Below, piece by piece: positions 27,349 to 36,353 of a DNA stretch of 64,000 nt; positions within the stretch are counted from its first letter, which is position 1, and each line of letters starts with the position of its first letter. The notes below the pieces were generated by a model that saw only the letters and a list, made by a program, of their open reading frames with translations, was not told the DNA's origin and made no database searches. The stretch lies in sequence record PQ287642.1, one strand, 5' to 3'. Made by a program: the position numbers and the translations under genes.

Positions 27349-27685
27349 AGAAGGAGTTGTGATCGTTGAACCTATCCCTGCCGAGCGCGGGGATTTGGGT
27401 AAATGCGAACAGATCTCTTTGGCACGCGAAGCCGTTGAAATGGGCAGTAAAAAATATAGATCCACTTTATCTGACCCAGCAAAAGAATGGTACGAGCGCT
27501 ATAGAGCAAACGAATCAAAACAGGTTCAACCTTTAAGGATCCCAGAAGGCCGTGGTTACGCTTCTGGTAGAGGAGCCGAGGATATGGACCTTTCCAACAC
27601 AATCTTCGCTGTAGGAGCTGCTGTGGCCCTTTCTAGCGATACTACCGATAGTGGTTCAAGTAGCGATAGCAGTTGTTGTGATTAA
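27293..27685 (+). CDS. Hypothetical protein with Ser/Asp low-complexity C-terminus
   Basis: 130-aa ORF overlapping the end of recA and ending SSDTTDSGSSSDSSCCD. Start uncertain (ATG 27293/27296 or GTG 27359). Confidence 0.55.
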   Translation: MMNVLRLFRWIWPKRKLPKEGVVIVEPIPAERGDLGKCEQISLAREAVEMGSKKYRSTLSDPAKEWYERYRANESKQVQPLRIPEGRGYASGRGAEDMDLSNTIFAVGAAVALSSDTTDSGSSSDSSCCD

Positions 27686-27688
27686 TAT

Positions 27689-27717
27689 CATAGACGGGAG
27701 CATTAGCTCCCTCTATG
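27689..27717 (+). terminator. CATA-stem-loop-TATG element
   Basis: CATAGA-C-GGGAGC-ATTA-GCTCCC-TCTATG, right after the stop at 27685. Confidence 0.65.
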
Positions 27718-27733
27718 TCAAGTAGGTATTCCA

Positions 27734-28081
27734 ATGAACGTCTATACTTATCAAATCGCTAAATGGCGAAAGGTTAGACAGAAACATATCTTTCCTTTGG
27801 ATACAACTATAAAAAGTGGTGAGGAATTACTTGCCCCTACCTGGAATATGGTAATGGGACATAAAGCCGGCGCCATTACAGATGAGCAATATGAGGATGC
27901 GTATATGGACATCCTCTCTGAACGATACGCTGCATTCCCAGATTACTTCGAATGGCTGACTGAGTTGGACAAGGTTGCACTAGGATGTTACTGTCCAGCT
28001 GGTAAGTTTTGCCATCGACACATTCTCGTTAAATTTTTAAAAGAAATAACTGAGGTAAACTACCTAGGCGAAATAGAGTAG
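27734..28081 (+). CDS. DUF488-family protein
   Basis: LAPTW, the acidic helix EQYEDAYMDIL and the C-terminal VALGCYCPAGKFCHRHIL (CHR motif) are typical of DUF488. Confidence 0.75.
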   Translation: MNVYTYQIAKWRKVRQKHIFPLDTTIKSGEELLAPTWNMVMGHKAGAITDEQYEDAYMDILSERYAAFPDYFEWLTELDKVALGCYCPAGKFCHRHILVKFLKEITEVNYLGEIE

Positions 28082-28103
28082 TTACCCGATCAGGAAACAA
28101 ATT

Positions 28104-28424
28104 ATGTCTAATACCATCGATTATCGCGCTGTTATTTTTCAGCGTACCCGTGCTCTTGATGTAGAGGTTGCTGAAGATCTGTATAGACGCATGCCCGAAA
28201 TCAAGGATCTTGCAACTCTTAATCAATTCTTCCATCTGTTGTTGGCTCAATACAAAATCAACACCCTGGAATTACGTTGTACCCTAAATGAAGTGAATGA
28301 TTTTGAAGCATGGTGGCGTAACTTCGCTGCTAATTTCATTCCGCTGTTCCGTAAAAAGCGGTTACCTCCATGTACAGACGCTGCTGCACAGCCAATGTAT
28401 CACTGCGAGTCTAAATCAATCTGA
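28104..28424 (+). CDS. Hypothetical protein
   Basis: 106-aa ORF with RBS AGGAA. Confidence 0.65.
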   Translation: MSNTIDYRAVIFQRTRALDVEVAEDLYRRMPEIKDLATLNQFFHLLLAQYKINTLELRCTLNEVNDFEAWWRNFAANFIPLFRKKRLPPCTDAAAQPMYHCESKSI

Positions 28425-28459
28425 GTAATCGTATGCTCATTTGATTTGTAGAGGTAACT

Positions 28460-29134
28460 ATGAAACCCGATCGTAAAGTCCTTGAAAAAGAAATTCTATA
28501 CTTCATCGACATGTTCCGACCAGGAAGCGAGAACGTTAAAATCTATCAAGAACTTTTTGACCGTTATTCTGACGAAGAGTTTTTTGAATGGATGGAACGT
28601 CTAGAGGCAGGTGAAGTGCTGGCTCTCTACGCTCCTAACTTAGAAGAACCAACTCTAAGTATCGCTCAGAATTATAAAGTAGCTGATGCTCTTGGTTTTG
28701 AACTATTCCAACACCTTATCTTAACTGATCCGGGCACTGGTCAAGTTTATAAGACTCAGAATAAACACCTAGTTGGTATGGTTCCGCTTCGTCGGCAGGT
28801 TCAGATGCTAGCTAAGAAAGCTTCTATCCCAGGTTCTAATACTGTTGTTGACGAGCGTTCTGGACAGGCAACTGGCGATAGTAAAGGTGCACGTCTATCT
28901 GCCCCTGAGATTCAGGTTAACGCCTCTAAAGGTCTTAACAACATGGTTCTCGAACTGATTAAGTTTCGTGGTGGTGATGAAAAGGCATATAACGCTATGA
29001 ATCGATCCATCATTGAAACAGGTGAAGCTTCTCTCGATTCCATTATGGCCGAGACGCCTTCTCAAGTTAAATCTAACAAAACCATGTCCGTCTATTTGAA
29101 GGCCATGCATTTACAGAATAACCTAGTGGGGTAA
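28460..29134 (+). CDS. rpoB: Virion RNA polymerase beta subunit, C-terminal fragment (phiKZ gp149-like)
   Basis: HLILTDPGTG, GMVPLRRQVQML.KK, VDERSGQATGDSKGARLSAPEIQV (the GGQRFGEME region of RpoB) and ELIKFRGGD. TATG at 28432-28435. Confidence 0.85.
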   Translation: MKPDRKVLEKEILYFIDMFRPGSENVKIYQELFDRYSDEEFFEWMERLEAGEVLALYAPNLEEPTLSIAQNYKVADALGFELFQHLILTDPGTGQVYKTQNKHLVGMVPLRRQVQMLAKKASIPGSNTVVDERSGQATGDSKGARLSAPEIQVNASKGLNNMVLELIKFRGGDEKAYNAMNRSIIETGEASLDSIMAETPSQVKSNKTMSVYLKAMHLQNNLVG

Positions 29135-29136
29135 TC

Positions 29137-29613
29137 ATGGCTATTAAGAATGCGGAAGAAGGTATTAGCGAAGTATTGCAGAATGCATTAGGTGTTGCAA
29201 TTAGTGAATTGGTATCTGTTGATGATGATCTCGTTATTGCTCAAATTCTAGAGCATATTAACGAACTTAGAAACAATATGATGATTTCTAGTTTTAATGA
29301 TAGAGTTATCATTAATCAGATTTGGTCAGGTATCCGTTCTAAGCAGGATGTATTGGGTGCTCTTCTGTCTACCACCACTACATTCACTTTAGAAATTGAA
29401 AACATTGATGTAGCAATTGAGTATCTCACTAGACGCTTGGTTCCATTCACACCTGATTCGGCAATGGTCGATAGGGAGTTACTGGGTAAAGCAGCTAATG
29501 TAGATGAACTCTATGGTACGCTACAGCAAAATCACTGGTTGTTCTTCCTTGTATATGCGTCTACGCAACTTCGCCATGTAAATAACATTATTGCACAGGC
29601 GAAAATGAAATGA
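29137..29613 (+). CDS. Conserved hypothetical helical protein (gp148-like)
   Basis: 158-aa ORF coupled to the upstream and downstream genes (ATGA overlap at 29610). Confidence 0.6.
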   Translation: MAIKNAEEGISEVLQNALGVAISELVSVDDDLVIAQILEHINELRNNMMISSFNDRVIINQIWSGIRSKQDVLGALLSTTTTFTLEIENIDVAIEYLTRRLVPFTPDSAMVDRELLGKAANVDELYGTLQQNHWLFFLVYASTQLRHVNNIIAQAKMK

Positions 29614-30371
29614 TCAAACGTATTCTGATACCTCTTGATGTATTACTTGACACCCGTCTTGGAGTCATGTCTACAATTAACAAGGAGGCAGCAGAACGGT
29701 TGGTTTCCACTAAGGAATATTGGCTTCGTGAAAATGATGACTGGACCACTCTAACAGGTGGTCTTGTTACAACGGAGCAATTCAAAGAAGCGTATGCTAA
29801 TAGAGGCGGAGATAATTCTGCTGATACTATCAACGCTTCTATCCTAACAGGTATCAGTCCGTTCTTGATGCGAATTCTCGCGGAAGATCATGTAAACAGA
29901 ATGGATAACATGGGTAATCCTGAAGACGAGATTGGTCTTACGATCAACATCTGGCCTTACACGTTACCTGGTGAAGTTATCGATGATCTTGAAAATATCA
30001 TCCAAGAAATATACGGCGAAGAAATGCCCGTGGAAGTAGTTAGTCATCCATTAGAAGAGCTCACACCTAAATTCTTGGATGCTCTCTATGCGATGTATAT
30101 CACTTACGATTTCCATGAATGGATGCACACTCATTATCTTGCTTTGTCTAAAGTTCAAATGCCATGCTTCAATTTTATTGGACCTAAACTCTTCGAACGT
30201 GACGTTAGTAAACTCACTATCGAGGAGAAGAAGTTTGAACTATTTAAGTTCAGGGTCGAGCGGCTGATTCACATGGACTTTGAATTTATAGATGCTAAAT
30301 ATTTCTCCATGATTCGTCCTGGAGATAACGGTATCGAAGTTGATAAAGACGACATAAAAGCCCAGGGTTAA
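29610..30371 (+). CDS. Conserved protein (gp147-like), possibly a degenerate HAD-fold
   Basis: N-terminal RILIPLDVLLDTRLG resembles HAD motif I. INIWPY motif. The stop codon sits in the loop of the 30353 hairpin. Confidence 0.55.
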   Translation: MIKRILIPLDVLLDTRLGVMSTINKEAAERLVSTKEYWLRENDDWTTLTGGLVTTEQFKEAYANRGGDNSADTINASILTGISPFLMRILAEDHVNRMDNMGNPEDEIGLTINIWPYTLPGEVIDDLENIIQEIYGEEMPVEVVSHPLEELTPKFLDALYAMYITYDFHEWMHTHYLALSKVQMPCFNFIGPKLFERDVSKLTIEEKKFELFKFRVERLIHMDFEFIDAKYFSMIRPGDNGIEVDKDDIKAQG

Positions 30372-30385
30372 CCCTGGGCTTTATG
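30353..30385. terminator. CATA-stem-loop-TATG element between convergent genes
   Basis: CATA-AAA-GCCCAGGG-TTAA-CCCTGGGC-TT-TATG. Confidence 0.75.
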
Positions 30386-30394
30386 CCGCTATTA

Positions 30395-33300
30395 TTAGTA
30401 GCCAGCACCTTTAGCGCCGAGCCATTCACTACCATCCCACAGAAGGGTGATGACAGTCTTGGTTGCAGCAGCTTCAGGAGCCGTGTTATCATTCCATTTG
30501 AAGTTACCGCTGAAGGTCGGAATGACCGTACCAGTTAGAACCAGTACAGCTGTAATCATTCGGCCAGACGGACCATCACCTAGAGTGATAGTACGAGCAG
30601 CAGTAGATGGAACAGTATAGCACTGTTGGTTAGCCGGAGTGATGGTGAAGTTACCAGCAGGAGCAGCACCAGATAGCAGGGAGTAGGTATCAAATTCTTT
30701 CTTGATCTCTACCCACGCCGATGTACCAGCAGCAGTTGTCTGACGACCCCAAACTTTAGTAGCATCGATACCTGGTTCCGGAATGGTTACCAGTTCTTTC
30801 CACTCGCCGTTAGAACGAGTGTAGTTCTTGGCATCCGGAGCATCCGATGCGATAATTGCAGCCGGTACCTCTACCCAGCTGGACACGCCAGCAACAGTAG
30901 TTTTACGAGCGTACAGTTTATCATCATTGGTAGTTTCAGGTACTACCGCAGCCCAAGCACCATCCTTACGAGCGTAAGACTTACCATCGCTAGCCGCGTC
31001 TTTAAAGACATCGGTTTCGACCCAGCTAGCCTTACCCTTCAGAACGTAATGCTTATCAACATCGTTGGCAATGACAATAGGTGCACCTTGTTTCCACTCA
31101 CCGTCCTTACGAACCATTGCAAGAGCAATGTTGGGAGTAGGAACGTCTGGTACAGCATCTACTTCAAGCGGAGCCCATTCGGTGGTGCCATCAGCTTTAC
31201 CCTTACGGATATACTGTTCACCTTCTTCAGGGGTTTCCACTTCATCGACCAGTAGAGGTGCCCAGCCAAGTTGATAGCGAACCATCTTCTTGTTCTGATC
31301 GGCAGTTTCTACTTCGGCTACAGGAACATCCAGAAGTTGGATGAATTCTTTCCAGCCAGTTGCGTCACGATACCAAACTTTACCAGACTTATCAAGGCAC
31401 CAGTCATCTTGAGTACCAATAGTGTTATTCGGGATATCGACACCGTTCGGTAGAATTACCCAACGAGAACCTTTATCACCTTTTGCACCTTGAATACCGC
31501 GAGGACCTACGATACCTTGGTCACCCTTATCGCCTTTCTCGCCTTTGGCGCCAACGGTGAAGCTACCCAGGTTCAGATACTTCTCAGTATCATCAGCACC
31601 ATCGACAGCCCAAACAAACAGTTCTTTACTGTTTTCAGGACCAACCGAATATGCATCACCAATAGCACTAGTCGGATGAGCAGCTGTAAGAGCAGCTTCA
31701 GATGGATAGTCGCCAACAATTTTGATACCTTGGCCGATTTCACCGCGAGGACCTACTTCACCCTGCGGACCATCGTTACCTTGCGGACCCTGGATATTGA
31801 ACGGACCATCGTAGGTATTCGTAGAACGGTTAGCTACGTAGATTACCTTAATGGTGTCATCACCCTGGATAACGGTAACAATGTACGCCTCGCCATCAGC
31901 GGGATCAGTTTCACCGGCTACCAGTTCAGGTAGAGCTTCAACAGAACCTACTTCACCAACGATGCGCATCGAGGCGCCACGATCACCCTGTTCACCTTTC
32001 TGGCCAATGGGACCAACTGATACGAACTGAGTACCACTAATGTTTACATAAACATCGCCGCCTTTAACAACAACGGCTTTACCTTTGTTGTCGGCAGTGG
32101 CCGGAGGAACTTCACCTACAGTGTCAACAACAGCGATGATTTCAAAGTTTTCACCCTGATCACCTTTGTCGCCTTTATCACCAGTGTCACCCTTGGCGCC
32201 AGTATCACCCTTATCGCCTTTGTCCCCTTTATCGCCTTTGGCGCCAGTATGAGTACCAAGGTCAACCCATGCTCCATCAATGAACATGTAGAGGTGGCGG
32301 TTATCGGCAGCTACCCAAGCTTCCTGTTCTTGCGGATCAGGTACGGCTTGAATGGCAGTAAGGTCAGGAAGAACACCAGAGACAACTAGGTTCTTACCAC
32401 CGTCACCGGTGTCACCCTTATCGCCTTTTGCACCGGTATCCCCTTTGTCACCTTTATCTCCTTTGTCGCCCTTCTCACCTTTGAATTGACCTAGGTTAAT
32501 CAGGTCGCCTTCAGAGGTAACAGGAGTAGTAGCTACGTAGAAGAGGGTGTTAACATCGCGAACAGCGTAAGCTTTCTTGATGACAAGAGTAGCACCTGCG
32601 GCCAGAAGATCTGCCATGGTCGGATACGTACCGAGGATTTCCAGGTTTTCACCAGGAGCACCGTCTTGACCATCGATACCATCTTGGCCAGGATCGCCTT
32701 TATCACCCTTATCGCCTTTGTCCCCTTTCGGGCCTTCGCCACCGATGATACCGTCTTGACCAGGCTCACCTTTCGGGCCCTGCCAAGTACCGAGATCCAT
32801 CCAGCGGTTTTCATCGACGGAGAAGACGAATAGATGACGTACATCGTCAACCATAACCGAATATGCTTCTTCAGGCTTGGCATCGCCAGCCAGAGGCAGA
32901 TCATCTTCGGAAGCTAAGTCAGCTTTAATAGTGAACGGAGTAGCGTCCTTACCAGGTGCACCAGTGTCACCTTTCAGACCACGGTCGCCTTTATCACCTT
33001 TGGCACCAGTATCACCTTTAGGACCCTCAGGACCCATCGGAACGATCTGGATGTATGCATAGTTGTCAGGGAAGATATCTTCTTCACCAGCTACAAGCAT
33101 GAAAGTGTAAAGAGCATTTTTCCAACCGTAGGTATCGCCTTTGGCAGCCAAGGGCGGAAGTTCTTGGTTATCAGGCCATTGACCACGAATAACAAGACCA
33201 GTACCTTCCGGACCACGCATGTCACCGGAGTCGATCCACTGGCCAGCATCCGGCGAACCGGTTTCTGGAGCAGACCATACTTTCAGTACAGTAGCGGTGG

Positions 33301-33718
33301 AAGAACGAACGAACCAAGCATCACCAAATTCCCAACTATCGATGGGAGCAATGTTGGTTTCGAAATCGTCAAGAGTTACGGTACCTTTGATATTGGTAAC
33401 GGGACCCGGTTCACCAGGATTACCTTGCAGACCAGTATCACCTTTAGCGCCGTCTTCGCCTTTCAGCGATTCGAGCCACTCGGCTTCAGTACCAATAAAG
33501 CCAGCATCGAGTGCCAGCTGATAAGCGGATTTACCATCCGCGCCATCCTCACCTTTCATTCCCTCGATTTCGGTCGGGTCTTTGAAAGTTGTAGCCAGGC
33601 CAGCCCCGGTCGAAACCGGGATCTTGCCTGCAACTACCTCAAGAGGATTGTCTTCGGTGGAGATACGTTTTGGTAACTCACCGTTAACGAAAACTTCAAA
33701 TGCGGATTCACCAGCCAT
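30395..33718 (-). CDS. Collagen-like modular fibre protein (phiKZ gp146-like)
   Basis: Gly-X-Y runs (GDKGDKGDTGAK) alternate with eight ~55-aa globular modules. DGKxYARKDGxW repeats follow, then a C-terminal beta domain ending LLWDGSEW. Confidence 0.85.
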   Translation of the reverse strand: MAGESAFEVFVNGELPKRISTEDNPLEVVAGKIPVSTGAGLATTFKDPTEIEGMKGEDGADGKSAYQLALDAGFIGTEAEWLESLKGEDGAKGDTGLQGNPGEPGPVTNIKGTVTLDDFETNIAPIDSWEFGDAWFVRSSTATVLKVWSAPETGSPDAGQWIDSGDMRGPEGTGLVIRGQWPDNQELPPLAAKGDTYGWKNALYTFMLVAGEEDIFPDNYAYIQIVPMGPEGPKGDTGAKGDKGDRGLKGDTGAPGKDATPFTIKADLASEDDLPLAGDAKPEEAYSVMVDDVRHLFVFSVDENRWMDLGTWQGPKGEPGQDGIIGGEGPKGDKGDKGDKGDPGQDGIDGQDGAPGENLEILGTYPTMADLLAAGATLVIKKAYAVRDVNTLFYVATTPVTSEGDLINLGQFKGEKGDKGDKGDKGDTGAKGDKGDTGDGGKNLVVSGVLPDLTAIQAVPDPQEQEAWVAADNRHLYMFIDGAWVDLGTHTGAKGDKGDKGDKGDTGAKGDTGDKGDKGDQGENFEIIAVVDTVGEVPPATADNKGKAVVVKGGDVYVNISGTQFVSVGPIGQKGEQGDRGASMRIVGEVGSVEALPELVAGETDPADGEAYIVTVIQGDDTIKVIYVANRSTNTYDGPFNIQGPQGNDGPQGEVGPRGEIGQGIKIVGDYPSEAALTAAHPTSAIGDAYSVGPENSKELFVWAVDGADDTEKYLNLGSFTVGAKGEKGDKGDQGIVGPRGIQGAKGDKGSRWVILPNGVDIPNNTIGTQDDWCLDKSGKVWYRDATGWKEFIQLLDVPVAEVETADQNKKMVRYQLGWAPLLVDEVETPEEGEQYIRKGKADGTTEWAPLEVDAVPDVPTPNIALAMVRKDGEWKQGAPIVIANDVDKHYVLKGKASWVETDVFKDAASDGKSYARKDGAWAAVVPETTNDDKLYARKTTVAGVSSWVEVPAAIIASDAPDAKNYTRSNGEWKELVTIPEPGIDATKVWGRQTTAAGTSAWVEIKKEFDTYSLLSGAAPAGNFTITPANQQCYTVPSTAARTITLGDGPSGRMITAVLVLTGTVIPTFSGNFKWNDNTAPEAAATKTVITLLWDGSEWLGAKGAGY
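31470..33440 (-). repeat. Gly-X-Y collagen-type repeats (9-nt period) interspersed with globular modules
   Basis: Recurrent CCTTTATCG/CCTTTGTC/CCCTTATCG units on +, encoding GDK/GAK/GPK. Confidence 0.85.
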
Positions 33719-36186
33719 TATACAACTTCCTCAAGTTCGACGCGCATCAGACCGGATGTGTTAGATACAGCGTTAGCTGCGTCGCAGTTATACCAACTAT
33801 TGCTATTCTTGATGGTGTAAGTATTTACAGCATCAGCATCGTCAGCTTTATAGGTGAAGTTAAGAGAACCGCTAGCACCCTTAGACAGGTTAGTGCAGCG
33901 AAGTTTACCAGTCATAACTACATCTGTACCAATAGCACCTTCACGATTCGGGAAAGCAGCGATAGACATGGTACGAAGAACGAAGCCACCAAGGGTATAC
34001 TCGCCACCAGCTTTAAGGGTATTGACTGTAACGCCAGCCAGACCTTTGGCTACAACATCGGTAAAGTTGAAGATACCTTTAGCATCATCATCATGAACGA
34101 GCAGTGTGCGTGTCCATACTTTCTTAGCTGCATCACCCACCCAACCAGCAGAATCCCAGTTACCGCCAGGAGCAGTCATCACAGGGGCTTCAGCCAGCGA
34201 TTGAGTCGAAGTGATAGTGATGGTGTGACGCTGTACAACAGTACCTGCATTACCACCGGAGCGCAGACGAGTGGCAGGAGTGGTAACAGTCAGTTCAGGG
34301 GCACCGTTAGCAATCTTAACGATTGTCGATGCAGTAGACGAACTACCGTTAGCAGCACGTTGTGCAGTGATTGTCAGGTTATTAGTCAGGTCGTTGTAAT
34401 TACCAGTCAGGTAAGAAACAGTTTTGTTTGCTTCAATCTGAGTCGGGTTAGTTACAGTCAGCTGACCATTAGCCGAGGTGTAAGTAGCGCTAGTAGCGTT
34501 AGTTACAGTGTTAGCAACGGTTGCATCTTCACCAGCTTTAATGGCAGTTTGACCAGCCGGATAAGTTACAGCACCGAATGTAATCGTCGGTTTCAGGTTG
34601 TTCAGCTTGACAACGTTGACTTTCTCAGTAGTACCAGCTACGTCGGACTTATACCACGCGGAGAAACTACCGGAGGCTTTCTTAACGCGGATACTGAACG
34701 GTTGGTTAGTAGCAGTGTTACCACGGTCAGCAATAACCAGACCAGTCAGACTGTGAGTCTTACCAGCTGTCAGTGTACCATTGCGTGCTACGAATGCACC
34801 TTCATCACGAATCTCATAACCTACCACATCTTGGTCAGTGGTGAAAGTGATCGACATTGTGTCGCCTGCTTTCAGCTCGGTTTGAGAACCAGGATATTCA
34901 CCTGTAAATGTAGCCGCAATTACAACCGGCGCGGTATCCATGATTACATCAGTAGATGCCTTAGCACCATCTTCGTGAATAGCTTCGACCTTAATGGGAT
35001 CACTACCAACCGGCTCAGGCAGATTAATAGTTACTTCACCGGTCCACATCGGGGCATTTGCACCAGCGACGAGAGATACATCTACGCCGTTAACTTTAAC
35101 GACAGGACGATAGTTAGTATGACCGGTAATAGCAGCCACTTTAACTTTAACGTCACGAGTAGACGAAGAACATTGCACCAGAGAGAAACTATCCGCGGAC
35201 TTAACCTTCTCACCGACGTTATCAGCGGCATTAACCGGAGTGATATCAGTGATGAATACGCCACCATTTACACCTTTCGGTTCGGCAAGCGACAGGTTAA
35301 ATTCTTCTTCAGTACCAACGTATCCACCATCAACAGCGGATTCGTATGCGGACTTACCATTAGCGCCTTCTAGGCTTTCCAGCCATTGTTCTTCAGTACC
35401 AACGAAACCATTATCACGAGCGATCTGATAAGCAGACTTACCATCAGCTCCGTGTAGGCTTTCGAGATATTCTTCTTCAGTACCAACGAAACCGGCTGCT
35501 ACGGCTAGCTCGTAAGCAGATTTGCCGTCAGCGCCATCGATACCGTCATCACCTTTAGTACCGTCGATACCGTGGAGAGATTCCAGGTACTCAGCTTCGG
35601 TTCCAGTGAAACCAGCTTCGACAGCTAGATCGTAAGCGGACTTACCTTGATCACCCTGGTCGCCTTTGTCACCCTTATCACCTTTCTCGCCGGCATCGCC
35701 TTTGTCACCTTTTAGGGACTGGATGAACTCGGCCTCGGTACCGGTAAAACCAGTATCAAGAGCGGATTGATAGGCAGACTTACCGACGAGAGTTGCAAGG
35801 AATTCTTGTTCAGTGCCAGTGAAGCCGTTATCTACGGCAACTTCATAGATGGATTTACCTACAGCGCCATCTGCGCCGTCTTCACCTTTAAGAGAGGCGA
35901 GGAATTCGTCTTCAGTACCTACGAAGCCCTGTTGAAGAGCCAGCTGATAAATACCTTGACCTTTTAGACTTTCGAGCCACTCAGTTTCAGTGCCTACGAA
36001 ACCATTCTTTACCGCAACTTCATAAGCCGATAGGCCTTCATTGTTACGGATTTTAGAAACCATGAGACGGAAGTTCTTATAAGAACCATCTGCCTCAAGA
36101 CGGATAACTTCTACAAACTCTTCACCTGTGATGGTGTTAAGAGGCTGCATTCCGGAGATCATACCCGGACTGGATTTAATGGCCAT
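33718..36186 (-). CDS. Fibre/virion protein with GKSAY repeats and Ig-like domains (phiKZ gp145-like)
   Basis: Start revised to ATG 36186 (RBS AAAGGA). Eight GxSAY(E/Q)xAxxxGFxGTExExLxSLxG repeats, short collagen linkers, then T/V/A-rich Ig-like beta domains. TAATG coupling to the next gene. Confidence 0.8.
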   Translation of the reverse strand: MAIKSSPGMISGMQPLNTITGEEFVEVIRLEADGSYKNFRLMVSKIRNNEGLSAYEVAVKNGFVGTETEWLESLKGQGIYQLALQQGFVGTEDEFLASLKGEDGADGAVGKSIYEVAVDNGFTGTEQEFLATLVGKSAYQSALDTGFTGTEAEFIQSLKGDKGDAGEKGDKGDKGDQGDQGKSAYDLAVEAGFTGTEAEYLESLHGIDGTKGDDGIDGADGKSAYELAVAAGFVGTEEEYLESLHGADGKSAYQIARDNGFVGTEEQWLESLEGANGKSAYESAVDGGYVGTEEEFNLSLAEPKGVNGGVFITDITPVNAADNVGEKVKSADSFSLVQCSSSTRDVKVKVAAITGHTNYRPVVKVNGVDVSLVAGANAPMWTGEVTINLPEPVGSDPIKVEAIHEDGAKASTDVIMDTAPVVIAATFTGEYPGSQTELKAGDTMSITFTTDQDVVGYEIRDEGAFVARNGTLTAGKTHSLTGLVIADRGNTATNQPFSIRVKKASGSFSAWYKSDVAGTTEKVNVVKLNNLKPTITFGAVTYPAGQTAIKAGEDATVANTVTNATSATYTSANGQLTVTNPTQIEANKTVSYLTGNYNDLTNNLTITAQRAANGSSSTASTIVKIANGAPELTVTTPATRLRSGGNAGTVVQRHTITITSTQSLAEAPVMTAPGGNWDSAGWVGDAAKKVWTRTLLVHDDDAKGIFNFTDVVAKGLAGVTVNTLKAGGEYTLGGFVLRTMSIAAFPNREGAIGTDVVMTGKLRCTNLSKGASGSLNFTYKADDADAVNTYTIKNSNSWYNCDAANAVSNTSGLMRVELEEVV
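35290..36040 (-). repeat. Eight tandem ~21-26-aa GKSAY...GTEEEWLESLKG repeats
   Basis: Visible in the translation, and in DNA as recurring TTCAGTACC/AAGCAGA(C/T)TT units. Confidence 0.85.
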
Positions 36187-36279
36187 TACGTATTCCTTTG
36201 TTGGAGAGAGTCTTCGCAACTACTCGTGCACGTCTTAAAAGGAAAATAAGACTCATAGAGTAGTGTATTATTTTAGCAA

Positions 36280-36311
36280 CATATAGGAGTCCCAAAGGGG
36301 ACTCCAGTATG
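36280..36311 (-). terminator. CATA-stem-loop-TATG element
   Basis: CATA-TA-GGAGTCCC-AAAG-GGGACTCC-AG-TATG between 36354 and 36186. Confidence 0.7.
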
Positions 36312-36353
36312 CCTTTTCAGGAGAGCATCTATCTGGAGTTGCGACTATTTTAT

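Noticed and set aside
26098-27465. 455-aa antisense ORF over recA
   Set aside because: Shadow ORF. The + strand carries the RecA motifs.
28460-29134. Split RNA polymerase beta subunits (also 61844-63469) as an intron or intein signal
   Set aside because: Split beta/beta-prime subunits are an established feature of phiKZ-like vRNAP and nvRNAP. No homing endonuclease or intein motifs were seen in this window.
33716-33720. One-base overlap between the two large fibre genes as a possible programmed frameshift
   Set aside because: It is a plain TAATG stop-start coupling with no slippery heptamer or downstream structure.
33700-35373. 557-aa antisense ORF over the gp145-like fibre gene
   Set aside because: Same codon-bias shadow. 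It is S/T/C-rich and uninterpretable, while the sense gene has clear repeats and domains.
35290-36040. Regularly spaced DNA repeats that could be taken for a CRISPR array
   Set aside because: The repeats are degenerate, in frame and encode GKSAY protein repeats. There are no unique spacers or cas genes.
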